Of a stretch of DNA of 64,000 nt, positions 26,705 to 38,560 are shown one piece after another; position 1 is the stretch's first letter; every line of letters starts with the position of its first letter. The stretch comes from Octopus bimaculoides. Lineage: Eukaryota. Position numbers and translations under genes: made by a program. The stretch covers positions 47,364,802 through 47,428,801 of the forward strand of contig NC_068987.1 of the NCBI RefSeq assembly GCF_001194135.2. Reading direction: 5' to 3'. Below the pieces are notes generated by a model, which did not search any database, was not told where the DNA came from, and saw nothing but the letters and a program-made list of their open reading frames with translations.

Positions 26705-27412
26705 ATATATAGCATTGGGACATTCTAGCTTTTTGTATTTTCTTAAATATTATTTGTTCATGCAAGACATGAAATTGAAAGATACCTTAAGGAAAGAAAA
26801 AAATACACAATTACTGTTGTTTCTTCTCCAATATTTATAGCATGATGCTCATCTCTATAACACTGAATTTTATTTTTCTAATTTGTAAATATTGTACTAA
26901 TGTTTTTTCATGCAAAAACATGAAATTAAAAGAAACCTGACTTTATTTTTCAATGCAAAACATCGAAATTATGCAGTGTAGACATAAACATATTTCCAAA
27001 CACATGAACTCATAGGCACACATACGAGTGCATGCACACACCTATACATATATACTTAAATTTTCATAGAACCTTTTATCTTCCCTCTGGCACCCTAAGA
27101 AAAGGAAGAAAAAAAAGGAAAAAAGAGCAAAAACAAAAATGCTCTGTGATGACCGTACTCCATCCTAGGAGAGATCACCATTTTGAACTCATTTCAATAG
27201 AATGGTAAATGACTAAGTAAATAAATAAATGAATGGAAGTCAAAACTGAAGGATGGGGTCCCTCTCTCTACCTATCTTTCTGTCTATCTGTTTGTCTATC
27301 TATCAGTCTATCTGTCTCCATTGTCCTGAAACCTCACCCAAAATAGACAAAAAAAAAATGTTCACCTCTTCTAAACAAAACAAAAAACATCTATTTTATA
27401 TAAATAAACAAT
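26705..27412. repeat. Outer right arm of the large inverted repeat (partner 20998-21810)
   Basis: Continuous reverse-complement match, including a shorter (CA)n tract than on the left arm. Confidence 0.9.
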
Positions 27413-28133
27413 AGTTTAGATAAAACTGTAACTAATGATGTGATGTAATAGATGCTCAAGTTGACTTACCAGTTAAAACACTAACTTCGACTGCTATGAA
27501 GACAAAAAGTGGTGTTGTAGCTGCCTAGCAATGAATGGCTATATGTGGCTTATCATTGAGCAGGTACATAAGCAGTAAAAAGAAAGAATACACAGGCAAA
27601 CAACTGGTATGAGTTTAGAGCATGGAATTTCTATAGTTTAATTGCAGAGTTGTTACAATAGAGTTGTAAGAGTAGAGTGTGTGATAAGAAATAAGGGATC
27701 AATAATCTGCATACCTTATTCCGCCCATATTTCTTATGGTACGCTCTAACAACTCTGTTGTAACAACTCAGCAATTATGTTTAAATATATAAATTCCATG
27801 CTTTTTCTGTATGTATATATATAAAAGGGTAAACAGTAAAGAGCCCCTTTCGTCAAGAATGACCATGGGATTGCACTTAGTTCCCTGCCGAAGCACAAGT
27901 CTGGGCAGGTTGTTTATGGAAGACCAGCAGTCACCCATGCATACCAGCCTCCCTTCTCCATGCTATTGATGTTATCCAAGGGAAAGGCAAAGGCCAATAC
28001 AGCTTGGCACAAGTGATGTCATAACTGAATGAACTGGAGCAATGTGAGATAAAGCGTCTTGCACAAGAAAACAACCCACAGCCTGGTCCAGGAATTGTGA
28101 GTCCAATGGTCTAAGCACCAAGTCATGCGCCTT

Positions 28134-28229
<96 letters not shown>

Positions 28230-28710
28230 CATGTCTTGACATCTTATGATAGTTGTAAATGAATGACATTCATTTCCACTGGAAAAACATTCTGCAAAAA
28301 TATGTCTGTCTTTGAGGAAATATTACTTTGCTTGGAAACAGATGAGGGTTGGCAACAGGAACAGCATCCAACAGTAGAAGATCTGCTTCAACAAATTTTG
28401 TCTGACCCCTGTAAGCATGGAAAAGGGGACTTTAAATGACGATGATGATGATGATGATGAATGATGAACATAAATACATGCAAATATATTTGTAGTTTAG
28501 TTTATTTGTTTGTATTTTTAAGAATATTTTTTTAACTTTTTTTTCTTTTCTTGATTAAAATTTTATAAATTTTATATTTTCGCAAACAAAATAAATTTTG
28601 ACGAAAAAAATAATAAAGAAAAGAAAACAGTGGTGACAAATTTCAAAGTTTATCAGATGTTCTGGAAAAGAACACAAAAATTATGTTCTCTACTCTCTCT
28701 CCTGCTAAAG

Positions 28711-28961
28711 TCATTTTACTGACATTTGAAGTTCTTTGCCATTTGTCATGGCATTCAAAGCAGAATCACAAAGTGAGACTTTTTTGCTGTACTGTTTTAG
28801 CTTATCCTGAAGCTGTGTCTCCTGTTGCGTTAGTTCCGTGTTCTGTAGTTCTAGGAGAGTATAGTCTGCTCGTACCTGATTGACTTCGGAGAGTAACTCT
28901 TCTAGTCGGTCTTTTTTCCTCTGTTGCTTCTCTCGCACTTCTTGCAATAAACTAGACACAG
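28711..28961 (-). CDS. Gene B coding exon 8 (terminal, 251 nt), coiled coil: VSSLLQEVREKQQRKKDRLEELL...KVSLCDSALNAMTNGKELQMSVK*
   Basis: Acceptor atttgtcttacttttttag, phase 1, heptad pattern, TGA at 28713-28711. Confidence 0.85.
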
Positions 28962-28992
28962 CTAAAAAAGTAAGACAAATATTACATTAATG

Positions 28993-28999
<7 letters not shown>

Positions 29000-29023
<24 letters not shown>

Positions 29024-29970
29024 TAATAATTTTATATTTTGGCACAAGGCTAGCAATTTCAGGGGAAGGGATAAGTTGATTGCATTGACCCCAGTGTTCA
29101 ACCAGTACTTATTTTACCAACCCCAAAAGGATGAAAGACAAAGTCGACCCTGGTGGCATTTGAACTCAGAACATAAAGACAGATGAAATGTTGCTGAGCA
29201 TTTGGCCCAGCATGCTAATGATCCTGCTGCCTTAAGAACAACACAAGAGCAGCAGGAGCAACAACAACAGCAGCATCAATGACAACAGGTGTTTTTAATT
29301 TGAAGCAAAGTCAGTAATTTTGGGTGGGGAGAGGGCAGGTCAATACCACTGACTTCAGAACATGATTGGAATCATCAAGCCTGTAGGTATAAAAAGCAAA
29401 GTTGACCCCAGCATAATTTGAACACAGAATATGGGATAACTGGAAGATATACTGCAAGGCATTCTCTCTGAAGCTTCTGATGAATCTGCCAGCTTGCTGC
29501 CTTATTAATAATAATGATTTCAAATTTTGGCACAAAGCCAGAACTTTTAGGGGAGGGAGTAAGTTTATTACATTGACCCTAGTATTGAACTGGTACTTAT
29601 TTTATTGAACCTGAAAGGATGAAAAGCAAAGTCAACCCTGGCAGAATTTGAACTCAGAACATGAAGATGGATGAAATGCTGCTAAGCCTTCTGTTCAGCA
29701 TGCTAAAGATTCTGACAGCTTGCTACCTCAGTTGTAGTAATAATAATGATATTGATTTCAAATTTTGGCAAAAGCCAGCAACCTCAGGGAGGGGGTGAGT
29801 CAATTACATTGACCCTAGAGCTCAACTGGTACTTATTTTATCAACCCTGAAAGAATGAAAGGCAAAGGTGACTTCAGTGGAATTTGAACTCAAAATGTAA
29901 AGATGGAAGAAATGCTGTTAAGCATTTTGTTCAGCATGCTAACAATTCTGCCAGCTAGCTGCCTTAGTAG
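29000..29970 (-). mobile_element. Four head-to-tail Nin-domain SINEs next to the last acceptor of gene B
   Basis: Four gatgaaaggcaaagtc-type cores (about 29130, 29395, 29615, 29855) separated by (AAT)n/(AGT)n tracts. Confidence 0.8.
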
Positions 29971-31739
29971 TAGTAGTAATAATTTCTTTGTTGACCACAA
30001 AGGATTTACATTTTGGAAAATGTTATAGATAGTATAGGACAAAACAAAGAATGTGTGTATGTGTGTGAGCGTGTATATGTGTATGTTGTGAGGGTTTTGT
30101 GTGTAAACAGGTTTAATGTAATAAAAAAAAAAACCCTGTCAGACTTTGCAAAGAACAATTCATCTTTTCTTTTCAAACTCATATGCTGTTCAGTCTCAAC
30201 CACCCACTTTCCTGTAACTGCTCACCCACACATGTCTCCCTCACACACGTACACATTCACATACATGTGCACATGCACACACAACATCCAATATATGCCA
30301 TACACTCAGTTACACACATCTATGTACACACACACACAGAGCCAATCTCAACTCACAAAACACCTCACACATGTGCATGCATACATGCACTACTTGTATC
30401 TATCTGACACAAACATATATACATGTATGCACAACACACACACTAATCAACTACCAGGATCTTGCACAACTATTTCCTTCTCTGCCTCATTCCAGCTCTC
30501 TTTATTTGTCTGATTCTCTTTCTCTCTTGTTCTCTCTACTTCTACATGCATACATACACACTTACATCACCATCATTTAGCGTCTGCCTTCCATGCTGGC
30601 ATGGGTTAGATGGCTTTACTGAAACTGGTAAGCCGAAGAGCTGCACCAAGTTCCATTCTGATTTGGCATGGTTTCTACAGCTGGATGCCTTTCCTAACAC
30701 CATCCAATCTATGCTTTTTACATGCCACCAGCACAGGTGCCAGTTAGGTGACACTAACATCTGCCATGACTATGATTTCACTTGGCTTGATGAGTCTTCT
30801 CAAGCACAGCATATTGTCAAAGGTCTCAGTCACTATCATCACCTCCGTGAGGCCCAACGTTTCAGATCATGCTTTACCACTTTGTCCCATATCTTCCTGG
30901 GCTTACCTCCTTCATAGGTTCCCTGCACAGTTAGAGACCAGCACTTCTTCACACAGCTGTCCTCGTCCATATGCATCACATGACCATACCAGCACACTAC
31001 ACCTGACGCCTCTTATGCTCAACTTTTTTCTCAAGACGTTTACACTCTGTTGCACATGTACACTGACACTGCACATCCAGCAAAGCCAGGTGTATATCCT
31101 CTCATATGTACAAAAACACAGACTGATGATGACACACACACACGTACTTTTATATAAGGACTTATATGCATCTTTTAAATATATTTTCACATAGGTAAAA
31201 TCATGTAGCTGACTTCTACATTGGTTAATTCCATAATTGTCACTCTGTGAAGTTACCTCAGTCGAGACAGCATTTCACTTGAGCCGGACAGCTGCCTCTC
31301 TGTCAGTCACTCTCACTAACTGACTTTAGCTTACAGACTTCTTGTTTTTATAACTATCCAAAACCAGCCAGAATTATAGATATTGTTAAGAAGAATAGAT
31401 TTCATTGGTGGTCTGTTATCTCTATTCTAGTTTTTGGTGGCCTAGAAGAGGTTAGAAGGGTCAAGTGGCAAAGACATTATTCTGCTTAGCAAAGGCATCT
31501 GGCAAATGTAACTGCTGTCACTCACAGAAAAACTATAGTTTTAACGTGAGAAAAGTGCTGTTGAACTGTTAAGTGAAATTTGAGTATCAAGGATCGAATC
31601 CATGCTATGCTTGCATGAAACCACTACATATATATAGATGTATAGCATACATGAATATATACAGATATATATGTATATATATATACATGTATGTATAGAT
31701 TTGTTTATGTATGTATATGTATATATGTGTATATACATA

Positions 31740-31791
<52 letters not shown>

Positions 31792-31907
31792 GATGTATAT
31801 GTAATATGTACACAAATATTTATACTCATATATACATGCATACATATATTTATACATATATATATACATACATATATACATATACATACATATAAGTGTG
31901 TATATAG

Positions 31908-34751
31908 TAGCAGTATAATCCGACGTGGTCCGGGTGTGACTTATTACGCCATCTACGATAAGTCTTGCTAGGTGAAAATCAACAGAAAAAGAAAGCCTTA
32001 CAACGAAAAAACCCTTATGATGTAAATATGTTCATAATTCAAAAGACGATGAAATTAATAGGGAAAGTCTGAAGGCTGTTCTGCGTAACATTAATAAGCG
32101 TACGTAAATTTCATCTGTCTAATTGGCTATACAAATGCTTGTGCAAAACAACTTTAGTTTAAAATTGGGGCTTGAGGTCATCTCCACAGCATACTTGAAA
32201 CTACGCACGTAGCTGTTTGTAGCATGAAGCATCTCTTGCAATTGCAGTGTCAGCTCGAAGTCAGTACCTGGTGATATTGTGGTTCATTTTGCGGCTTGGT
32301 CTTGATCGTTGCAAACTCCAGCAGTTATCGACTTCATACGAACCAACACATGCCGAAAACCCACCGTCTTCGGGTCTCCTGCGTTTGTACAGCGGGTAAC
32401 TGTCCGTGCAAATCTGGGTGTAATGGAGGAACTGTTTTGGAAATTTTTTGGTACATACAGAATCTCGTAAGCAAGGTGAGCGAGGGATGAACCCATGCCC
32501 ACAAGGGCCATGAACCATGTTTATGCGAATTATTTTGAAGAGGTCTTTGTCAGCAGAGGGATCAGGAAATTCTGCAGAGATTATCTTGTCTATGTCGTTT
32601 GTGCTTATCTTTGTGGACCAAATAAGAATGTGGGCATGTGGCAAACCCCTTTTCTGCCACTCAACTGTGAACATGTCACACTGAACACATCTAAATACCT
32701 GGCCAAATTTCATGAAATCCCTGAGTTTAATTAACTTCAATCGGAAAACCCTGGCAATAAGGTCGTGTCTGCCGTTGGGCTTTTGACCATTGAAAAGTTC
32801 TGCCTGTATCTCATGCCACTTGGGATTGCAGGTGAAAGTTATGAAGAGATCAGGCTGACCAAAATGACGTACACATGTCATAGAGTCTTGCATTCTCCCC
32901 TGCATATAACGCGGACCACCGGTAAACGTTGAGGGCAAAATGCATGCATGTCTTATATCCCCAGGAGCAACGTCATTGTTGAGGCTATCGCGGAGATGGA
33001 TATACTGCTCAGATCGCAGCTTTTTTTTATTGTTTCTAATGTAACAAAGCCTTTCAGATTCCATTTTTGCATACATGTCGACAGCGAACTGATGGAAAAG
33101 CTTGAGGGAACAGTGCAGATGATTCATGAAATTGACTTGAATCATCAGGCGATAAGAGTAGAAAGCCATGCATGAAACCTGACATTGCAGAATGCCAATA
33201 TGGTACCCGTTTTCACCATGAGGAAATAGTAGGGGGTACTGGAGCGCATCGTATGCCTTGTGAGTTTCTGGAATTCGCCCTATGGTATCATCACGATACA
33301 ACAGTACGATGTCCCTAGGGTTCAAGTGGTCACTCTGAAGAATGATAGTGATTTCATTACATGAAGGTTGGTTGTAGCGTCCAAGGTGTTCTCCAGATGG
33401 GCGTTTGTCAGCATCAATGACCACTTTAAAATTGGGGCTTGAGGTGATCTCCACGGCATACTTGAAACTACATACATAGCTGTTTGTAGCATGAAGCATC
33501 TCTTGCAATTGCAATGTCAGTCAGCTGTTTGAAAGTGAGGGGACATAAATGAGGCCATAACCCCCATGAAAATTCATATATTTTTGCTATTGAGGAAATT
33601 TTAACCATAGATATTAGACACAAATGAAGTAATATTCCTAAAATTTCAACTTCTTAGGAGTTAGTAAGACCCCTTAATGGTGCTTAACCCCCACAATTTA
33701 GTCATTTTTCCTAAGCCAAGATGAATACAATCGCAGTCTTTGAAGCTGTAGAGTCACCCGAGCATGCAAGATGAGTGTTATTTGTAATTCAATGGTACAA
33801 CAGTGTAAGAATTTGCTTTGAGATATACTTAGATTGTGATTTCTGCAATGTGGTGCATAAATTATCAAGTAAAGGAGAGGCATCTTTGCCTCCACTGATT
33901 CAGTTGCGAAATGTTATTTTGAGTAAAGTTATTTGGTTGCAGACCTTTGAGTCTTTTTATTATCACTGGGTTAGAGATAGTCCCCAGATGGTAACATTGA
34001 TTTCAAGGTCTTTCCAGGTAAGTGATTGGTCATTTAAAGAGATTTATAGATTGCAAATTTATTCAGCATAGTGATCATTGGTAAACTCCAAAGGTGACAC
34101 TTTCATTTCTCCTTAGCCCTCACGTCACACAGTTGTTAATGTTTATTTGAGTTGGGTCACGTCCTTCCAATTGCTATAGATCCGTAATGCATCTTACAGC
34201 TGTGCCGGTCACCTGTATGGTGAGGAATCCTACATTGGAGAGTGGTAATGACTAGGGTAGGGTAGCTGACTGCTTATTGTGATCATTCGTCTATTGGTTT
34301 CCTGTAGCTTTGCTCTCTTTTGCAGTGAACATTCATATATTTTCGATTTCAAAGAAATTTGAACAATAGATATAAGACACAAGTTAAAAAAGATTCCCAA
34401 CAATTAAACTTCTCTGGTTAACTTTAAGACCCCACCACTAATAGGGGCCTTAACTCCCACATTTTAGAGCTCCATGTGCTCCATTTTTCAGGAGCAAAAA
34501 CCTTTGAATAGGTTTCATAAGATTTGAATTTTGGAATCTAGGCATAAAGATGAGTAGTATGGAATAAATGTGTCATGATTAAAATTTTTGTTAGGGTGTG
34601 TAAAGAGGGAAAGAACCCTCATTAAAATTCTTAATCTTCAATCTTGATGAAATTTGAATCATAGGTATTCCAGTTCATTAGAGAAAATATAAAAGAAAAG
34701 TCTAATTCTTCAGCTCCATGTGACACAGGCAACGCTGGGTATCTCTGCTAG
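31908..34751. mobile_element. Helitron-derived composite: Rep fragment plus non-autonomous internal repeats, with 3'-type termini at both ends
   Basis: Right end ...ggcaacgctgggtatctctgCTAG|T (34748-34751). Left end on the - strand cccggaccacgtcggattatactgCTAC. The Rep ORF lies inside. Confidence 0.6.
32261..33514 (-). pseudogene. Helitron Rep (HUH rolling-circle initiator) domain fragment, 417-codon open frame
   Basis: YDALQYPLLFPHGENGYH, QFAVDMYAKMESERL, ILPSTFTGGPRYM, DLFITFTCNPKW (motif 1), VEWQKRGLPHAHILIW (HUH motif 2), HGPCG, CTKKFPK. Truncated at ...EVDN. Confidence 0.92.
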
Positions 34752-35339
34752 TTTAATTATAAAAATATGATGGGATTTTTTCTAAACTTCAAATGGATAT
34801 GTGGGGTCTAGTAAAGTAAAGCAGGAATCAATGAGTCGATAAGTAAAAATGGTTGAGACACATTGATGTAAAGTGACTGATGTAAGGAAGGACATCCAGC
34901 TGTAGAAGCAATGCCAAAGCTGACAGTCCTCTGGCTTGCCAGTTCCAATCCATGCCAGTATGGAAGTTGGATGTTATAAATGATGATGATGATGATCATC
35001 ATGAAGCCCACTCATCTAATATTCCTTCCAGCACATGCATACTTACAGCTTGCATGCACACACCACTACTCATACTGCCTATACATACACACATGCCTGC
35101 ACACACAAACATACACACCACTCAGCCTCTTGAGTAAACTCTTCTTACTGCTACCAGGCACACTACTATCTACGTATCATGTCTATAGACATGCCTGCAC
35201 ATGAGCCTGCATGTACACACTATGTCAAACACATAAACTTACACACACTGTTAATCTCACCAGTCAAGCACTCTCTCACATACAAATACGCTGTCCATAC
35301 ATCCTATATAAACATGCATAAATACATATACATGGACAC

Positions 35340-35387
<48 letters not shown>

Positions 35388-35673
35388 AATATGAGGGTAA
35401 TAAATCAAAATAATTTATTACCAGTGGTTAAATAAATATATAAATATATATATATATATATAAATGTACATTCAGTTCTAATATAGTCTAATATCTCACG
35501 TGCTTAATACGTATATGCTATCAAAATATATTTAAGTTTCATTTCATAATGATAAAGCATTTTGCTGACAATTTCCTTTATCAATACCTACTGCCTGCTC
35601 TAATTATTTACTGATAACATATATATATAACATATACACATGTATACATAATATATAAAACAGTTACCCTTAC

Positions 35674-35814
35674 ATTTTAGCTCACTACTCATACTGTCCA
35701 GAGCCAATGCATGTTGATCTCTATCATTTCGCATAACATCAAGGAAGGTCTGTCGCGTACTGTTATCACAGATTTTGAAGTATTCAGCAATGGAATCAAT
35801 TTCACCATCAGTAG
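35674..35814 (-). CDS. Gene B coding exon 7 (141 nt, phase 1 to 1): TDGEIDSIAEYFKICDNSTRQTFLDVMRNDRDQHALALDSMSSELK
   Basis: Acceptor ttatttatatttacag, donor AAAAT|gtaagg. Colinear with gene A exon 3773-3916. Confidence 0.85.
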
Positions 35815-36355
35815 CTGTAAATATAAATAATTATGTCATTAATCTTTCCCCCAAATTACAAAGCTCAAAAGACTACCCCACCTCCTGCCAGTTGGGTACC
35901 TTTTATTTATATAATTATTTATGAAACTTAAAAAAGAAATGTGTAAATGTAAATGCCTCGTCCATCCTCTCATCCATTCTGCCCATTTCAATACTTTGCT
36001 CCCTATCAAAGTCACAAACAAAGCTTTGGTCAGACTGAGGCTACAGTAGAAGACACTTGCCCAAGATGCCATGCAGTGGGACTGAATCTAGAATCATGTT
36101 GTTGGGAAGCAGACTTCTTGCCACACAGCCACATGTGTGTGTGTGTGTGCGTGCGTGTGTGTAAAGTGATAGAAAGGCTATAATGAAATTGCCATAGGAC
36201 ATGGAATACCCAACATTTCAGAGTGTCAGTTTCTCAAACATTGCAGACTGCTCTGGTCACACCAATTTCACTGTATTCTTTCTGTCACCTTTTCTAAATA
36301 ATACAGGTCTTGAACACAGACAACCTCCAACCTCCTTGAACTCTCTCTCTCTCTC

Positions 36356-36386
<31 letters not shown>

Positions 36387-36897
36387 NNNNNNNNNNNNNN
36401 NNNNNNNNNNNNNNNNNNNNNNNNNNNNNNNNNNNNNNNNNNNNNNNNNNNNNNNNNNNNNNNNNNNNNNNNNNNNNNNNNNNNNNNNNNNNNNNNNNNN
36501 NNNNNNNNNNNNNNNNNNNNNNNNNNNNNNNNNNNNNNNNNNNNNNNNNNNNNNNNNNNNNNNNNNNNNNNNNNNNNNNNNNNNNNNNNNNNNNNNNNNN
36601 NNNNNNNNNNNNNNNNNNNNNNNNNNNNNNNNNNNNNNNNNNNNNNNNNNNNNNNNNNNNNNNNNNNNNNNNNNNNNNNNNNNNNNNNNNNNNNNNNNNN
36701 NNNNNNNNNNNNNNNNNNNNNNNNNNNNNNNNNNNNNNNNNNNNNNNNNNNNNNNNNNNNNNNNNNNNNNNNNNNNNNNNNNNNNNNNNNNNNNNNNNNN
36801 NNNNNNNNNNNNNNNNNNNNNNNNNNNNNNNNNNNNNNNNNNNNNNNNNNNNNNNNNNCTAGCATGGAAAGCGGACGTTAAACGATGATGATGATGA

Positions 36898-36933
<36 letters not shown>

Positions 36934-36965
36934 TGGCTAAACTGGCAATATGACCATCCCCAAGT

Positions 36966-37002
<37 letters not shown>

Positions 37003-37129
37003 TAGATAGATATATATAATAATAATAATAATAATAATGTCTCAAAACATGCAAACAAGAAAGCATCATACTCAGTAACAAAACAGGAAAAGGAATATCA
37101 TTCATATATAATTCATCCATCACATCCAT

Positions 37130-37470
37130 TTGATTCCCGGATTGTAAAGGTAGATGAAAAATTTAAAAAATACAATCCCTTAAAATTTGAAATTGTGAGA
37201 ATTTGGAATATGAAAACTGTAAATGTTGGTGCATTAGGAACTGTAAGTAATGATGTAGACAAATGGTTGAGTGAGACTGAAATGGAATGCCCTCTTGAAC
37301 TTCTACAGAAAGTTTGTTTCTTAGGGACAGGAAAGATTATCAGAAGGGTTTGAACACTCGAAAGATTATTGAAAGCTTGTGGATATCTAAAGTTACAAGT
37401 AGTAACCCACTACACACATAAATTCTACCAGGAATAAGACAAAACCTGAGTCAAATTGAATAATAATAAT
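37130..37470 (+). mobile_element. 3' end of an R4/Dong-like (restriction-like endonuclease) LINE with (TAA)n tail
   Basis: KYNPLKFEIVRIWNMKTV..VGALG...LLQKVCFLGTGKIIRRV matches the typical R4-clade C-terminus; followed by aataataat. Confidence 0.6.
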
Positions 37471-37715
37471 TCAAATAACGAATAAATACAAGTTTTTCCT
37501 CCACATCTCTGCTCACAAACTTTGCTAATACCTTGTAATTTTTCCTTTTGTATTACTAATAAAGTTTTCACAATGTATATTGAACCCCTTATCAATTTAA
37601 TTGGCCTATATTACAAATAGAGATTCTCATAATATCTGGCTGGCAAGGAAAATGAGTTTGATATCCCTGATATAAAGAAATAACGAGGAAGAGAGTCAAA
37701 AAACTTTCAGCTTAC

Positions 37716-37753
37716 ATTTGGTGATGCTGTTCGTTTTTATATAGTTGTTGGAA
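37716..37753 (-). CDS. Gene B coding micro-exon 6 (38 nt, phase 2 to 1): SNNYIKTNSITK
   Basis: Acceptor cacaatttcccacag, donor AAAT|gtaagc. It supplies exactly the phase change needed between exons 5 and 7. Confidence 0.7.
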
Positions 37754-38079
37754 CTGTGGGAAATTGTGTTGGAGATTTCTAGGTCTGGCAGAAAATTGGC
37801 ATGAATGTTTTTGTCATTGTCACCATTCCTGGAATGTCAAGAGAGAGGTGATTAGCAAATAGCAAAGATTTACATTCACACACAGACATATAATATATAA
37901 AAGGAAGGTCAAGGTCATATGGACAGACCTGTGGAGACTGGAATCTTTCTGTATCTCCTTCTTGCAGTGGGTGGTGTATAACACACTTCCAACACCAACA
38001 AACCTGCACAGATGGAGTTTGAAGGAGGACCAGCTGTGTAGACTATGTAGAGAAAGGAAGCAATCAAAAAGTGGAGGTA

Positions 38080-38560
38080 AAGGAGTACATCTGCTTAGGG
38101 TATGCAGTGAATATACACTGAGATATGGAAGCTGAAATCTCAAAGAGAATAAGGGTAGGATGGAAAGCATTTAACTTAATAATGGATGTACTCCAAACAA
38201 AGCTAGACAATGCCAAACATGCCAGCCTCTTCAATAGCACTGTCCTACCTGAGCTCTTATATGCAAGCGAGGTGTAGGCTAATACAAAGAGGATAGAACA
38301 TTGATTGGCTACAACACAAAGGGCCACGGAAATATCTGTGCTCAGAATATCACTAACAGAGCACATTTGAAATGAAAGAATTCAAGGATTGGGCAGAACG
38401 AATGATGTGATCACAGAGTACCATATCACAAGGTTCATAGACGATGGGTGGACCTTTGCAGTTGCTGAGTGGTATCCAAGAGATTGGAAAAGGCCATTTG
38501 CAAAACCTCTATGGCAATGGAATGACAATTTAGTTAAGTAATTTTGGTAAAGAACAGTGC
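38080..38560 (+). mobile_element. Degraded RTE LINE RT C-terminal fragment
   Basis: KEYICLG...EAEISKRIRVGWKAFN...LFNSTVLPELLYASEV with internal stops. Confidence 0.7.

Noticed and set aside
20998-27412. Palindrome as the event that created the convergent paralogs
   Set aside because: The arms are still alignable as DNA, whereas genes A and B are similar only at the protein level, so the gene duplication is much older.
37130-37470. R4/Dong-like LINE as the mobilising partner of the (AAT)n-associated SINE arrays
   Set aside because: In their own sense orientation the LINE ends in (AAT)n while the SINEs end in (ATT)n, and I see no shared 3' sequence.
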